Positions 35,798 through 49,600 of a stretch of DNA of 64,000 nt are shown here, piece by piece. The notes under the pieces are model-generated. The model worked only from the letters and a program-made list of their open reading frames with translations. It searched no databases and was not told the DNA's origin. A program made the translations under genes and the position numbers. The stretch's first letter is position 1. Each line of letters opens with the position of its first letter. The stretch comes from Perkinsus olseni (lineage: Eukaryota): NCBI GenBank assembly GCA_013115125.1, contig JABANN010000010.1, forward strand, positions 1 to 64,000, read 5' to 3'.

Positions 35798-37014
35798 ATG
35801 GGTCTTCTCAAAATTGTACGGAAGGTGAAAGAGCAGGAGCGGGAGATACGTCTATTGATACTGTAATATTCTTGTTGATATTGTAATAGTCTATGCTTGC
35901 TCTTCAGAGGTCTGGACAATGCTGGGAAGACGACGGTGTTGTTGAGGTTCAACGGCGAAGATATTTCTCAGATTCCCCCAACCGTTGGTTTCAATATTAA
36001 GACCATACTGTTTAATGAGTGAGTCTCTGATGGCTCGGAAGTTCCGAGCCAACGGGGAAGGGCTCGTACAATCGCGCAGCGCTACGTACCATCACTCGAT
36101 AATTTCATGGTTAATCAGCGATCTCCCAATGCTGCCCCAAATCATTTCGGTCTGTCCGTTTTATTAGCATTTTTGGATCTTCGAGAAGAATCGTTTGAGC
36201 AACTAAAAAATGAACGCGATTGGCTACGTTTCCTGTGAGACAAACTCTTCGACGTAAAGCATTCTATCGTGCAGTATCACTGTGACTGTATGCTATTCAC
36301 GACGTCAGTATCACGTCCGAGACGGTCATCACCGGAGTTGGCCTGCTGTGGCCCAATCCTCCATCGTTTGGGATCTCTCTTCTTACGAGGGGTCTCTGCC
36401 TCTCAGTTACAAATTGAACGTCTGGGATGTCGGCGGGCAAAAGAGCATCCGCAGCTTCTGGCGGAACTACTTCGAGGCCACTGACGGCCTGGTAGGGGCT
36501 ACAGCCGATCGCTTGTGTTCAGAGCGATGGGTACACGTAGCTTCAAGATGTCAGATCTGGGTTGTTGACTCGCTCGACCGTCACCGCCTCACCGACTGTA
36601 AAGAAGAGCTTCACAAGCTGCTCAAGGAGGAGCGTCTTGCCGGCGCCTCCCTCCTAGTAAGAGCGAAATTTCGATTGGTCCTACCTTCCAATTTGCAAGG
36701 CCATAGCATGAATTAATGTTCAGAAATACAGGGGGCTGATTTGCACAGTGTTGAACCCTATCTCCGACAGGTCCTAGCGAATAAGCAGGACATCGCAGGC
36801 GCTCTCTCTCCTCTACAAATTCGCAAGGTGGGCTCTCCATCCCGTGGACTGGCTGGGAAGGCTGGATCGTTGTCAGCATTTGGAATTGGAGACGATGTCG
36901 ATGTCCCGGCATTGGTATGTTCTGCCGTGCTCAGCCGTGACGGGTGAAGGACTAGCCGAAGGAGTTGAGTGGATCGTCGATGATTGTGCTAAGCGTGTTT
37001 TCACCCATGGATGA
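35798..37014 (+). CDS. ARL2: ADP-ribosylation factor-like protein 2, spliced
   Basis: [81 protein letters not shown]. Confidence 0.95.
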
Positions 37015-37459
37015 TTCCCTTTCAATTCGAACCTGTTCATTTTCAGTGAGGCAGGAAGGGGCCATCGCTTTCATTGATCCTTGCCGCCGCACTTGGACGG
37101 CCACGGTGGTATTCTCTCGCTGTGGCCGAAGGGGTTCCCCGACTTTCTTCGCATCTAGTTTTACTACCGAGCTTGATTGCGTGTAAATGAATGCCAACTG
37201 ATGAGGATGGCCCGAAGGTGTCGGCCGACCATCATTCCTTCGCCGGTGTAAGAGGTTACGATGCTCTCGATAATATCGACCCGAGGGAACGCATTGTGCC
37301 TCCCCCCGACTGCGAGTCATTGCCCCCGGCGTCTACATGCTGAGCTGTGGCACCGTTAGTGCTTCGTCTGGCTCTTAGGGCTGTGCGGACCTGCTCGAAG
37401 AGGTATCCAGGGAATCCCGAGTCAGAGTCGAGGAATTGCAGTCTGCGGTGGTTGAGGGC

Positions 37460-39341
37460 ATGGAGGCCTCATGGATCGACTATATCCGCACGTAGGCGTC
37501 TCGAGTCCTACTGGCTCATCGGTATCGTTATTTATCGTGGGGGACGCTCCCTCAATCTAAGAGGCACCCCAGTTTTCTCGGGGCTCCCTCATTGCTTGAC
37601 CTTGCGTTCGCAGAGATACGCGACTCTCCATCGCCATACGCGGGGCAGATTGCGCGCAAGAACGACTCCGGCAAGTACTACTAAGGCTCAGGGAGATTGA
37701 CAAGCCTCTGGGGGAAGCTAATGTGGGTGAAGGTCCCCTTATTCTGACTTAATTCACCCGCGAGTCACTCAGGCAGCCGTAGAATCTCTGGAGAAACAAG
37801 TTTCAGCTCTGAAGCGGGCTTGCTGGGTCCACAGTCGACTCCGTGACGCAACAGCCTTGCTTGACAGAGCGGCCTGTGACTTCAGCATTGAAGACATCGC
37901 GGAACGGTGAGCGTGCTGATGTCCCGTCGTTGATAATCGTCCGAAACTAGGTGTCAGCTACTGAAGCGGGCTCGCGCACTTGTCGAACCAATCGCTCCGC
38001 TCACTCGTCGCGGGTGTCCTCGAGTACTAACCTCCTGTTTAGACAAGTGAGTCGATCAACTAATGGAAGCAAGATTTCTAGCTGACAATTCGATAATAGC
38101 CTATTCAATCACGGGATCGCCACCGCTCTAGGTGCGAGTCCCTCACCCTAGCTACCATCGAGGACATATGCCGAGCTGTGACTGATGGACCTCTGTTAAC
38201 AATCGGCTTCCTAGAGCTCAGGAGCCAGTGAGAAGTACGGTCTTAAAGAGTCAGTATATGCGTCTAGTGCGTCAGGTCGATATCGCCTGGGCTGTGGATT
38301 GGGTGTCGAGCCCTAGACGTCGAGGTTGAGCTCCTGGACGTGCTGGCTGGGCGTCTCGTCAACGGTGTAGGTGCCCTGTGGTGTGGCTTGTGGTTCTCCT
38401 GGTGGAAGAGCACGCAGGTTATCAACCCTCTCGCGGCTCACTCTAGTGGTTTTCGAGTAGTGTATGCGGGTTTCACCAGGGATTGGTCCATTGAGCTGAA
38501 GCGGTCTGGCCAGCCCAATGATGCCTTGATTGCAGAGGCGCTGGAGACGATGGTGGAGTTCCTCAAGCGGACCATCTTCTCTGGAGGTGATTTAGGCTCT
38601 AATTTAGTGACCTACTGAGTGGGATCTACTCAAGTCGGTTTATCAGAAACTATACCCTTCCTGGCAATGGGACAGAGGCTGTGGCCTGTGATGGGCAATC
38701 GTCTGCTCAGTGGGGTCGCCATGAGTACGCTCGATCGTCTGGAGGCGCACATGCGCCACATCGGTTTTATTGATAAAGTGGGTGGCGCTTCTTAATCGGA
38801 GCTATGGTGAATACCTCAGTCTTCGGTACGGCACGTGCCGTCCGTGTCGGTTGTAGACGCGGATGGTACGCTAGCAGAGGCCTCGACTCCGCCGGAGCAA
38901 TGGGTGACCGCACCAGATAAACGTGCAACGTGTCCCGGACTCAATGGCTATTCTCAGACACCTGTGCCGTCGACGGTGCTGACTAAGAATTCGGGAGCCG
39001 GTCGGCTTGATCATCGCGACCTCTTCGAGTACGAACAACTGCCCTTGAATCGATGGCGGAATGGTACGTGCGAATACCACGGCTATGTCTTGCGCAGCAG
39101 AAACGCTAGGCTACCGGCAGCTGCTTTCGCACTTCCCTCGAGGGGCTATGCGGCTCCCTCGAAAGCTGAGGGCTTCAGTCAGGCACGCAGGCTGCGCCGT
39201 TCGGTATCCTGGGGGCATTGCCGCATGCGCGCGATGAACCCGCCTGAGCTCCTGGAACATGAAACGATACTGGAGGGCGTCGCTGAGCAAGGTGAAGGTC
39301 CATCGGCGATAGTCGTGCCACGCAACGACTCAGCAATTTAA
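37460..39341 (+). CDS. Partial ZW10-like paralog (N-terminal part) with an unrelated C-terminal tail
   Basis: Exons LEKQVSALKRAC, WSIELK...EALETMVEFLKRTIFSG, FLAMGQRLWP...RLEAHMRHIGFI align with the adjacent downstream gene and share an intron position. Confidence 0.6.
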
Positions 39342-39434
39342 ATTAGTTTCATTGGAGCCAATGCGTCGGGTTTAGGCCACTCGGATTGACAAATATTGTT
39401 CAGCGAATCTTTTTTGATACTAGAGCAAACTCTC

Positions 39435-42400
39435 ATGGATGACTTCGCCACAGGAGTGAGTGACACTCCCGTGAGCCACGAGGACAGACTGGATCATTTC
39501 GAGCAGCACCACGGCGACGATGAAGTGCCCTGGGCCCTGCCCGACTGCTTATCGCAGCCTGAATTCGCCCTCGATGAGGTGAGTCTTTCGAGAAGACTCG
39601 CTATGAACTGAGTTTGTTTGGCAGGTTGGCACAGCACAGCTGGAGTCCTGGGCTCATGAGGCACGCGACTACGTACACGCTCTGGAAGCACGCGTGGAGG
39701 AAACGCTTGACAAGAGCCAGAAGGAGTTCATTCATACGTGAGAAGGAGAGCTCAACGAGTTTCGACAGCCACGATGTGACTTCAGGGATATCCGTCTGTC
39801 CAGTACAATTCAGAAGATAGAGTCGGCCAAGGAGGCTTTGAGGGAGATCTCACGAAGACTTGAAGAAGCTCAGGGGAAACTGGGCGACGCTAATGTGAGA
39901 ACGCAGGATGAAATCTTTTAAACCAGAGGATGTCGGTGTTCCAGTCGCGAGTCTCCGATCTGAATAGCGAAGTCGCCGCTCTGGAGGAGGCCTGCCGAGT
40001 TAGCGGACAAGTCGCGAAGGCTCGTCGCAGTCTGGGGAAGGTGTTCGAGACGGACGTCCACGGCGAGCCCGGTGATAACATCGACGGAATCCTCGCGCGG
40101 TGAGCAGGTGGATACTCGAGGACCGACGACTATGAGGTGTATTAGGTGCCGAGCACTGTCCGAAGTTCGCGACTTACTGCAGTCTGTGTCCACACCCATG
40201 GCCCCGAAGAACTGCCCCAAAATCGTCAATGAGTGCAATGAACTGTACTATGGAAGGCATTGCTTTTCGAGGGTCCAATGCCATGGGGGTTTTCAGGTAT
40301 GCTTCCGCCTTCGCGTCGATGGCCGAAGCTATGAACTCATCACTGCGCCAAGGTCCCATACTGAAGATCGAGAAGTGCAGGCTGTCGAGCACGTGAGCAG
40401 CCACGTGGTTCGTTTATATCCCGTTAACCTGTCCTGTTTTCAGTAGAGTCTGTCCGGAGCTCTGGGAGGGTGCCCGAGTCCTCGGCGTAGACTCGGATCT
40501 CGTTTGTGAGGTTGCGGAGAATATAAACTCTAATGTAAGCGGAGCGAAGCTAGAGATACCCGCGGGGGAACGTTCGGGTCGTCTCAGGTGCTCCGAGCAC
40601 TCCTCGAGCACCCTCACGGTCTAACGGTACAGACGACGCAGGATGAATGGAACCTCACGCTCAAAGACACAGGGGCTGCGAACTTCGAGGAAGTGGCATC
40701 GGCTCTGGAGAACATGGCGGACTTCCTCAGTTCCACTGTCTTCAGTGGAGGTGATACAGAGCTACTTATGCTGCTCCTCATCACGCTTCTTACCGCCAGA
40801 TTCGGATGCTTTCGCGACCCTCGGCTCCGCGCTGTGGCCAGGGATCGCCAGACGGCTGCTTCGGTCGGACAATTTTGACGTCTCTGCGGAAGAGGAGCGC
40901 GCTCGGAGGCTCGAGACCAGCATGCAGGAGAACGGTTTCATTCAGCTGGAAATGAGTCCCATGAAGGTTCGGCAGAGCTCCCAAGTTCGAAACTTGGGGA
41001 TGGCATTTTCTCTTCAGGACGGACTGTCAACTCGTGATGAGGCTGAACAGAAGGCCGAACGATCGAGAATCTTAGCCCGTGCCCGGCATGAGCTCATCGC
41101 TGATACCGTCGAAGGTGTCACTGAGACAGTGGAGGTCGACAAGAGGCAACTCGAATCCGTAGCATCCGTTGCGCATGCGTGCAAACTCTATGATGGGCCC
41201 TTTTTCCAGCTCGTTACCGGCGGGGCACACGTTTCTAGCATGCCGGCTTCGCAGACCTGGTTGGCCACCTGCCCGGATCGGATATCGAAAAGTGTTGAAG
41301 TAAGCCTGAGGCATCTCTATCATCAACCGACTTCTGTCTTTGTACGTTTGCAGACTCTATGGAAGCTGATCGCAGAGAATCCCTCGGAAAAACGCAATCT
41401 CATCGATCTCTTCATCATCCTCAAACGAGATGCTCACAGAGATATAATCGTGAATGATCCTGTCAAGGTAAGGCCTTCAGCCACTCATCACGCGGCGCAC
41501 GACACCCATCGTCTCCAGGCCGGCCTACTGGTGCTGGACGTATCCTATCTGAGCGTTCGTCTTCTCCTGGATGGCCCGAAGTCAATGAAGGCGGACCGTC
41601 GCGACTCCGGTCTGGACCTAGTCCTCCGCCTAAGAGAGGCTGCCTCAGTAATTTTCGCCCAAGCCATTAACAAGGCGTCCGAGAACGCCCGGCAAAAATT
41701 AGACGCCGGTAAGTAACGCAGCCGTCGTTCGGTTCATCAGTAGCGTCACAGGCTCTGGGTCGTGGAAACGCGGGTTGCTCAACTCTCACGATATGGCAGC
41801 AGCCGAGGCGGCCCTGGGGGAAGCAGTGGAGTCGCTGAAGAAGCTCTCAATAGTAATCGCCACATCTAGCATCTCAGTGTTGTGGGAGTGTCGTGTTACA
41901 GGCTTGGAATCGGTACCTACCTGAAGCGCTGAGACTCCCGGCCTTGGCGGTAGCAGCGGATGCAACTATCAAGGAACTCGCCGAATTGTAGCGGCAATCT
42001 TCACCGCTGAGTTTACCTCGACTCACTTTCAGATCTGTCCAAGCACTGGACAAGTCTTGGCGAATGAACCCCAACAAGCAGGATGGCTCCGCGGTTGCAG
42101 CGTTACTGGAGTGAGTTTTCTCAAGAATGAAACGAGATAGTGTTCATCTCGCAATCTCAGCTTCCTATTGGTATCGACGCGCGAGACCATTTGTCCTAGC
42201 GCCAAAATCCAACCGCCATCATTCGCCTCGGCAGCTCTTATGAAGGACTGTCTTATGCTGCCATGGGAAGAGCTGGTGAACCGTCCCCACGATCAACTTC
42301 CTGGCGCAGAGACGGTAAGGAAGGGCTGTTAAACGAGGTCGCTCAGAGGTCTTCCGCAGTCCTTGTTGTCTCGTGGGTCCCTCGCCTTGTGTATTCGAGC

Positions 42401-42656
42401 CAATTTCTCTGTCGGAGTGGAGTCATGGCCCGAGGCGGAGAGCAAAGCGAGCCTACTAGCCGATGCTTGGGGAAGAGGCAAAGGCGTGAAGGAGAATAAG
42501 AGGAAAATGGAGTCCAAGGCCCATAAGAATGCCGACATATCGGGACGGGTAGGGGGAGGAAAGGGAGAGTTCGTGTGCTGGTTGATGGTACCACCTGTGT
42601 AGGTATCCCGAGGTGGCGTATTCGCCAGCAGCAACAGTCGTTCTCTGTTCGGTTAG
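39435..42656 (+). CDS. ZW10: ZW10/Dsl1-family kinetochore and tethering protein, spliced; 3' end approximate
   Basis: LGSALWP, LETSMQENGFI, ILARARHELI, CPDRISKSVE, AGLLVLDVSYL, LCIRANF follow the order of ZW10 middle and C-terminal motifs. Confidence 0.65.
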
Positions 42657-43211
42657 CACGGTACCTTTTTGGTTGAATCACTTTGCCAATCAGAACCGCG
42701 AGGGTTGTGTTCATGGAGGTTTGTAGTGCGAGTGGGTGGACTGCTCGATAGCGGCATCGGTCAAATACGATGCGTGGCGTCGATGACTAGAGCATTAACA
42801 TGACGCTTAGCCGTGCTGAAGTGCAGCGAACATGCAGGCGAAACCAGACGCCAACAGAATAATCTACTCTACCACCGATGGTCCCCCGGCAGTCATGCGG
42901 TCCCGCGCTTGTACACGAGTAATCGATCCTGAGTTACGGATCAGTATCCCGCGTAACTGGTCTGTTCATCGTTGGGGATCCAGCCACCCCTTCCTAGTGA
43001 AGGTGATGCGGTTAAATTTCTCCGCATGTCCTGGGTTACTTGAAAGGAAACCCTTCGAAAGGTCTGTAACTCCACTTTGACGATGTTCCGCTGGTGCAAC
43101 GCATCCCTAGAGCACATCAGTCAGTGAGTAACTCTTCAGCGCAAGCACGGCCAGCAGAGAGATGAAACTTATTTGTGACAAAAAACAAGCCATTGTGGCA
43201 AACATTCGAGA

Positions 43212-44889
43212 TTAACATTGAGTGTTTTTCTTCCTCCCATTCTTTTCGATGTAGACCACGTAGCGCTGCTGGCGTCTAGCATATCTGTAATCACTCATAG
43301 TTGGCAGAGAAAAGGGTGAGAACAGCGGCTCACTCTTTGACCCTGACGTGGCGAATGGAGACTAGATGACCCTGGTCGTCGAATTGATCCCACCAGCTCT
43401 TCTCGTACGTGCGATATTGAGGAAGATCCTTTGTCCATTGCATAGTGCGCACTGCCCCTGGAAAGTGGAGATGAGAGTCGACCCCGGGCCAATTATTCGA
43501 GAGTTGAACCATAGGTATGGGACCCACCTTCTACGAGGTGTTTATACTTAGTACTGCATATATCAGCGATGATGACCCACTTTTTCGCTACGCGTAGCAT
43601 CTCGTTAACGGTTTCCAAAGCTTGGTCATGAGAAGCGAAATACCTGCGTGACCAGCATGGACCCCGAGCGAGCAGACTGGGATGGAAGCATGGATGGAAG
43701 ACGAAATGGACTCACTGGAAGACGCTGTTGCAGATCAGAACATCCCAGGACTCATCCGCCACGCCGTTAAGACAATCCGGCAGCATACCTTGAAATTTCC
43801 AATCGTGCCAGGGCGTTGTACTAAAAACTCACCAACAAAGAAGTTGTCCTTGAATTGTTGCGGAGCGAGTTCTTTTTTCACCAGTCTGACAGTCCTCGGA
43901 GCGCCATCACATCCACCGATGGTGATGTCAGGCCTGTCAAGGACTGCTAGGGGTTGACGCGACGTTGATCAGCAATTACATGAAAGCGAGCGCGGCCGAC
44001 AAAAATGCCAATACGCCGCAACCGGCTTCGAAGACTCGATCCCCGGACTGTACACACCCGTCGAGCACATCACGGACGTACCTGCATGGGAGAGTATGCT
44101 GCGTCGAAAGCCGACCTCGTCATGATACCTGTCCCACACCTCCTTGTCGTCTAGGTCGACCCAGCCTGCCACTTGATGCAGATGATTGAAGCGAGATTCC
44201 GATGCCAATACATCAAAGGCCTCGAAAACTACTGAAGGCTGAACCATACGGACGTCGTAACGGAAGAGCAGAGGGCGCTCGACATCCTACGGAGTTGTGT
44301 TTATTGGACAGAGGCGCGTGAGTATCACTGGTGTCGTCCGATGGGGCCACCTCTGAAGCGGAGACTCTCCGCTCGGAGGTAGCCGCCGGGCTCACCAACG
44401 GTTTCCTTGGCCGGGTGCTGACCAGGCAGCAGCGGCGTCGCCCTCTGGCCGTAGTGAAACTCGCCGAGACAGAATCTCAGTAGGAACGGTATGACTCTGA
44501 GGGACATCGAAACGTGTTACGATCCGCTTGTCCAGACTACAGGGGAAACCCGTTGTGGCTTCCCTCACTAAGTAACAGTTACTTCTCTTCGGTGCTGTCG
44601 TGCTCCTCCATGAGGCGTCTGAGCTCTACGACATTCATATCAGATACCGGACGTCCGCCTGTGAGGGCCTTCAAAGGGACTTGAGCGTGTGAATCGGCGG
44701 ATTTGTGGGCGGTATCTATTGATATGGGAACCTTTCCAATGATATCTTAGGTTGAAGCTGACCTGTGCTGATGAGCGTGCGCTTGAGGACAATTTCGTCG
44801 AGTCGTTTTCGATCCACGTCCAAGTCCTCGGACAGAACCGTTAACAGGGCGTCAACTGATACGCTCGGATTTTCCGTTGAGCTGGACAT
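43212..44889 (-). CDS. Class I SAM-dependent methyltransferase, spliced
   Basis: GDRVFEAGCG (motif I), IGGCD, DVLICNSVFQ/YF, NEMLRVAKKWVIIADI. Confidence 0.8.
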
Positions 44890-45087
44890 ATCTGTCAGCA
44901 AAAAGAAGCACTTCTGAGAACCGACGGATAGAGTGAGTAGTAAGCCAGAGCTGATGTGTTCAAGAGTACACGACAGATCTTCGACCAATGCACTCGTGAT
45001 GTGGAAGCTTTCCCTCTCCCTCAACTTCCTTCGTCAGCTCAACTCACTGTGTATTTCCTTCGGAGAGCACTAGCCGATCCTGCGTTC

Positions 45088-46450
45088 ATGTCAGAAGATA
45101 TCGATCAGAATGGCGAGCGCTTTTACCAATTCAAGAGCGGCATGTCTTACGTTGACCGATGATGATGGCCTAAGCTATGCCTTATCATCTTCCGTCCCGT
45201 CCTGTAGTGTTGACAGTGGTCCGCACAGGTTACAATTATCCATCAGGGGTCCCTTACTGGGTGCGACTTTCTCCAGAGCGCACCACATAGCAGTGAACCA
45301 GAGGCTCGTACCGCAGGCGAGGACAGACTAGGATGAAGAACTTCGTTAGTACTTTCGTCGGGATAATGGGACTTCGGAGCGAGCTCCAGCTCTCGTGCCT
45401 TCTCAGTGTGCATTCATGCCACCAGCGACCGTTGCCTCCCATCCGACCCCTCGGCAGCGACTAATAGCCAGCCTAGTCCCCAAAGTACAAGGCAGGGACA
45501 CTAAGCCTAGGTAATTGGGGGGAGCACGTGGTTTTGCATTTAAGTCATCCAGGTGGGCAAAAGCGGCCGAGCGGCTTCTCGGAGTGCTTGACCGCCTCTC
45601 ACCGTGCCTACCCAAGCACAGGGAGTTTGTAATACCACGCCCGAAGGGGCGGAAGGTCTAGTTATCGCCGTTCAGTTAGACTCGATGAACCCGAAGGATT
45701 TGAAGAGGCCTCACGTTTTCATGAACGAATCGGCGCAGGTGCGCTGGTAAGCGTTGCCTTGCTCCATGCATCTTGCCGATCAGGAGAAGCTGGGAGCCTT
45801 TTACCTTTGCTGTGCGCTGCGACTGCGTCCGCGTGAAGTGGAGCAGGCTGGTGACGATAATGCTGCCCTGTTGCGATTGACGCGAGAGGTATAGCTGGAC
45901 CGCCTTGCGAGTGGATATATGCGCCCCTTAGGTGGCCGAGAAAGAGGTGGAGCCTTTGTTAGCTGAGTTACGCGAGTTCGTATCAGGTGATGGGTGTTGG
46001 GATTGAACCAGGTATCTATGCCATGAGATCTTTGTAGACTACGATTCGGCCATGCATGAAGCGTTGGAGGCTACCTCCGTCTACCGAGAGATCTCGGATG
46101 ACCTTTTCTGGCATCACAATTTTGTGTCCGCCTGCCCTACACTGTATGCCGACCTGCAACAGCACCTGCCTGATGACGACCATGACGTCGAGAACCAGAT
46201 GGTAGACAACGAGCTCGCTCGTCGGGTCTACTCAGCATGGCTCGAGGCCTCGGGTGATGGCATCTGATGCACTCACTCTGGTCGCAGCTTGTTTGCAGGT
46301 CAACCGGTGAAAGGTGCAGTTAGAGCTGCTCTGATCGAGTATGGGCTTCTCGCCGGTAAACCTAGCTACAACTCGCCCAATAGCAGTTCTTCCGCCGGTC
46401 CGAGGCCGATGGGTATCCATTTCAAGGGAACGGAGGCCACCATAGATTGA
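45088..46450 (+). CDS. Hypothetical spliced protein
   Basis: GT-AG-bounded exons (EKLGAFYLCCALRLRP; EISDDLFWHHNF...ELARRVYSAWLEAS); no confident family. Confidence 0.45.
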
Positions 46451-46627
46451 CATTGCATGGTTTCTGATGTTTCTGTTCTCCCCGTGATTTGCCTTGGGAA
46501 GGGGAGGGAGCTTGTGCGCATGGTGGATCTCAGTTGACTGGACATTTCTCCTCCACTCGACTTACCCCTTTCTCCCATTCATCGGCGGTTTTTTGGCAGC
46601 GTTTCTGTACCTGTACTACTGCGAAAC

Positions 46628-49600
46628 ATGAGTGAATCTTTGGCCGAGTTGCAAGCTAAGGTGAGTAGAGAGTTGAGGCTGATCTCTGCTCCAAGTATGA
46701 TTTCCCATTAGATGAAAGCCCAGGGCGAGAAGGTCCGACAGATGAAGAAGGACGGTGTCAACCGGGATGCCCTCAAACCTGAGATCGACATCCTCACCAG
46801 CCTCCGCACTGACGTCGAGAAGATGATAGAAGCTGAGGCTGAATCGAACCCAGCTAACAAGATCAATCGTGCTGGTAGGAAATTTTCAGGTACTGGTGTC
46901 GTCTCCTATGCCCCCCTGTTAGGTCTCGAGGATCTCTGCAAACGCCGGTTCCTGTTTACTCCTTCCTTCTCGATCTACGGCGGTGTTGCCGGCCTGTACG
47001 ACTTCGGGCCACCGGGTTGCGCACTGAAGGCCAACCTTGAGGCTCTCTGGCGTCGCCATTTCATCAATCATGACAACATGTTGGAGATCCAATGTAAGCT
47101 ATGATGGTGACATCGGCGTTATTGATCCCGCAGGCACTTGCCTTACCCCCGAGGTCGTGTTGAAGACTAGTGGACATGTTGAGAAGGTGGGAATCGCCGA
47201 CCAGCCTCCGTCTCTTGGATTCGTGTGCTGTTAGTTCACTGACCTCATGGTCAAGAACGAGAAGAACCCTGATGAGTACTATCGTGCTGATAAGCTTCTC
47301 GAGGAGAAGTGCGAGGCCCTGCTCCAGGACCCTAGCTTCGAGGGCGACCGTGAGCAGGTAAGTTTAAATCGCCCCTCGGAACTCTGAGCGGATTCCGGGT
47401 CGTCTGTTTCAGTTGCAGAAGTGGATCCGAGTGGCCGACAGTTTGAGCGCCGAAGAGGTCGATAAGATCTTCCAGGAGCTTGGTATTTTAAAGGCGCCCA
47501 GCTTTCTAATCGTAACCCTGTCCACATGTAGGTATCAAGCAGGCGATGAACCTGTCGTTCCCTTACCCGTTCAACCTCATGTTCAAGACCACCATCGGCC
47601 CGCAGGGCAACATGGTGAGCAGAATAGCGAGGCTATTAGCGGCCGACTTGTCGTCCCCCACCTACTCGTTGCACCGTCTCTCTGGTTGCAGGTCGGTTAT
47701 TTGCGTCCCGAGACTGCCCAGGGTATGTTCGTCAACTTCCGTCGTCTCCTCGAGCAGAACGGTGGCAAGATGCCCTTCGCTGGTAGGACTCCATTTCTGA
47801 GGATGAGACGAGATATACCGTGTGTTCGCCTCAGCCGCTCAAATCGGTTTGGGATTCCGTAACGAGATCGCCCCTCGAGCCGGTCTTCTCCGGGTCCGCG
47901 AGTTCCCGATGGCTGAGATCGAGCACTTCGTCCACCCCGACCATAAGGATCATCCTGACTTCCACAAGGTTGCTGATTTGAAGGTGAGCTCTCGATGCAG
48001 TTGGTGATGCGCGAATTAACTGCTTTTGGTAGTTGCCGTTGTTCCCTCAACACAATCAGCTGACAGACGGCAAGCTCCGTACTGATCTCACCTTGAGACA
48101 GGCGGTGGATATTGGTATGATCAACAACGAGGTGAGTCATGATGATCCATCGGTTTCCTTTTCTGACTCTTGCTCGCGATCAGACCCTGGGCTACTTCAT
48201 GGGCCGCACTTACCTCTTCCTGGTCAAGGCCGGCGTCGACGGCCAAATGCTCAGGTGATTATACGGTCTACCGCAGAGTTGATGTTGATCCAGTTTGCCC
48301 TACTCGACAGATTCCGTCAGCATCTCAAGTCCGAGATGGCTCACTACGCTTGCGACTGCTGGGATGTCGAGGCCCTCATTTCCTACGGGTGGACAGAGAT
48401 CGTCGGTATCGCCGATCGTTCAGCTTATGATCTGACCGCTCATTCGAAGGCATCCAAGGTAGGCGCTACTGCGATCGAGCTGGAGAGGGGATTGCCCGTT
48501 CATGATTAGGTCGACCTCAAGGCCAACTACAAATTCGATCATCCCAGGGACATGGAGTTCGTTGAATGCAAGATCAACAAGGGCAAGTTGGGACCGGCCT
48601 TCAAGAAGGAAGCTGGTAAGCAAGACCGAGTCGCGAATTTCCGCTCTCTATGCGTCTTCGCCAACAGGTGCTGTCATCGAGGCTCTCAATGAGATGACTG
48701 ACAAGCAGAAGTTGGAAATGGACGCCGCCATCAACGAGGTATCTTTTTGCAGTCCTGTAGTCGAATCAAAAGCGTTTCTTTCAGAATGGCGTCTATGAGC
48801 TCAAGGTCTGCACCGGTGCTCGGTACAACATCACCAGAGAGATGGTCAAGGTCAAGACAGTCACCAAGAGAGTCCAGGAAGTTGTACGCATTGGTCTGCC
48901 CGAGTATCGGAGTTATCTTACTGTGTTCTCAGCCTTTCATCCCCTCTGTCATCGAGCCAGCCTTCGGCGTCGGTCGCATCATCTATACTATTTTGGAGCA
49001 TACGTACGCGGTCACTTCCATTCCAGCCTTACTGAAGAGACCTTGGTTCAGGTTCCGTTCGCGTGAGATGGAGGATCAGGAGCTCCGCTGCTACCTCTCG
49101 CTGCCTCCCGTTGTCGCCCCTACTAAGGCAAGCTGGGCCCGCCAGCGGATCGCTATCTCATTCTGAATTGTAGGTGAGTGTGTTGCCCATCTCCAGTAAC
49201 CCGACCCAGTTCAAGCCTACCATGCACAAGATCACCGATGCTCTCAAGGAGCACGGCATCAGCTACAAGGTAAAGCGTGATACACCGGGCATCTTCCGAG
49301 AGGACGCTCATGCTCAGGTTGATGACAGTGGCCAGGCGATCGGCAAGCGATACGCCAGAACTGATGAGATTGGTATCCCCTTCGGCATCACCATCGATTT
49401 CCAGAGTCTCAATGATGACACCGTAGGCCGACCATGTTACTTAGCCGCTTACATGATAGTTCAGGTCACCCTCCGTGAGCGTGATAGTATGAGCCAGATT
49501 CGTCTCCCCATTGCCGATGTTGCTGAGCTTGTCTACAGACTGTGCAGTGATCGTATGACCTGGGAGCAGGCCGCTGAGAAGTGAGTGGCCGGAAACGTCG

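Noticed and set aside
45088-46450. ORC3-like resemblance of the C-terminal exons
   Set aside because: Similarity limited to a few residues; left as hypothetical
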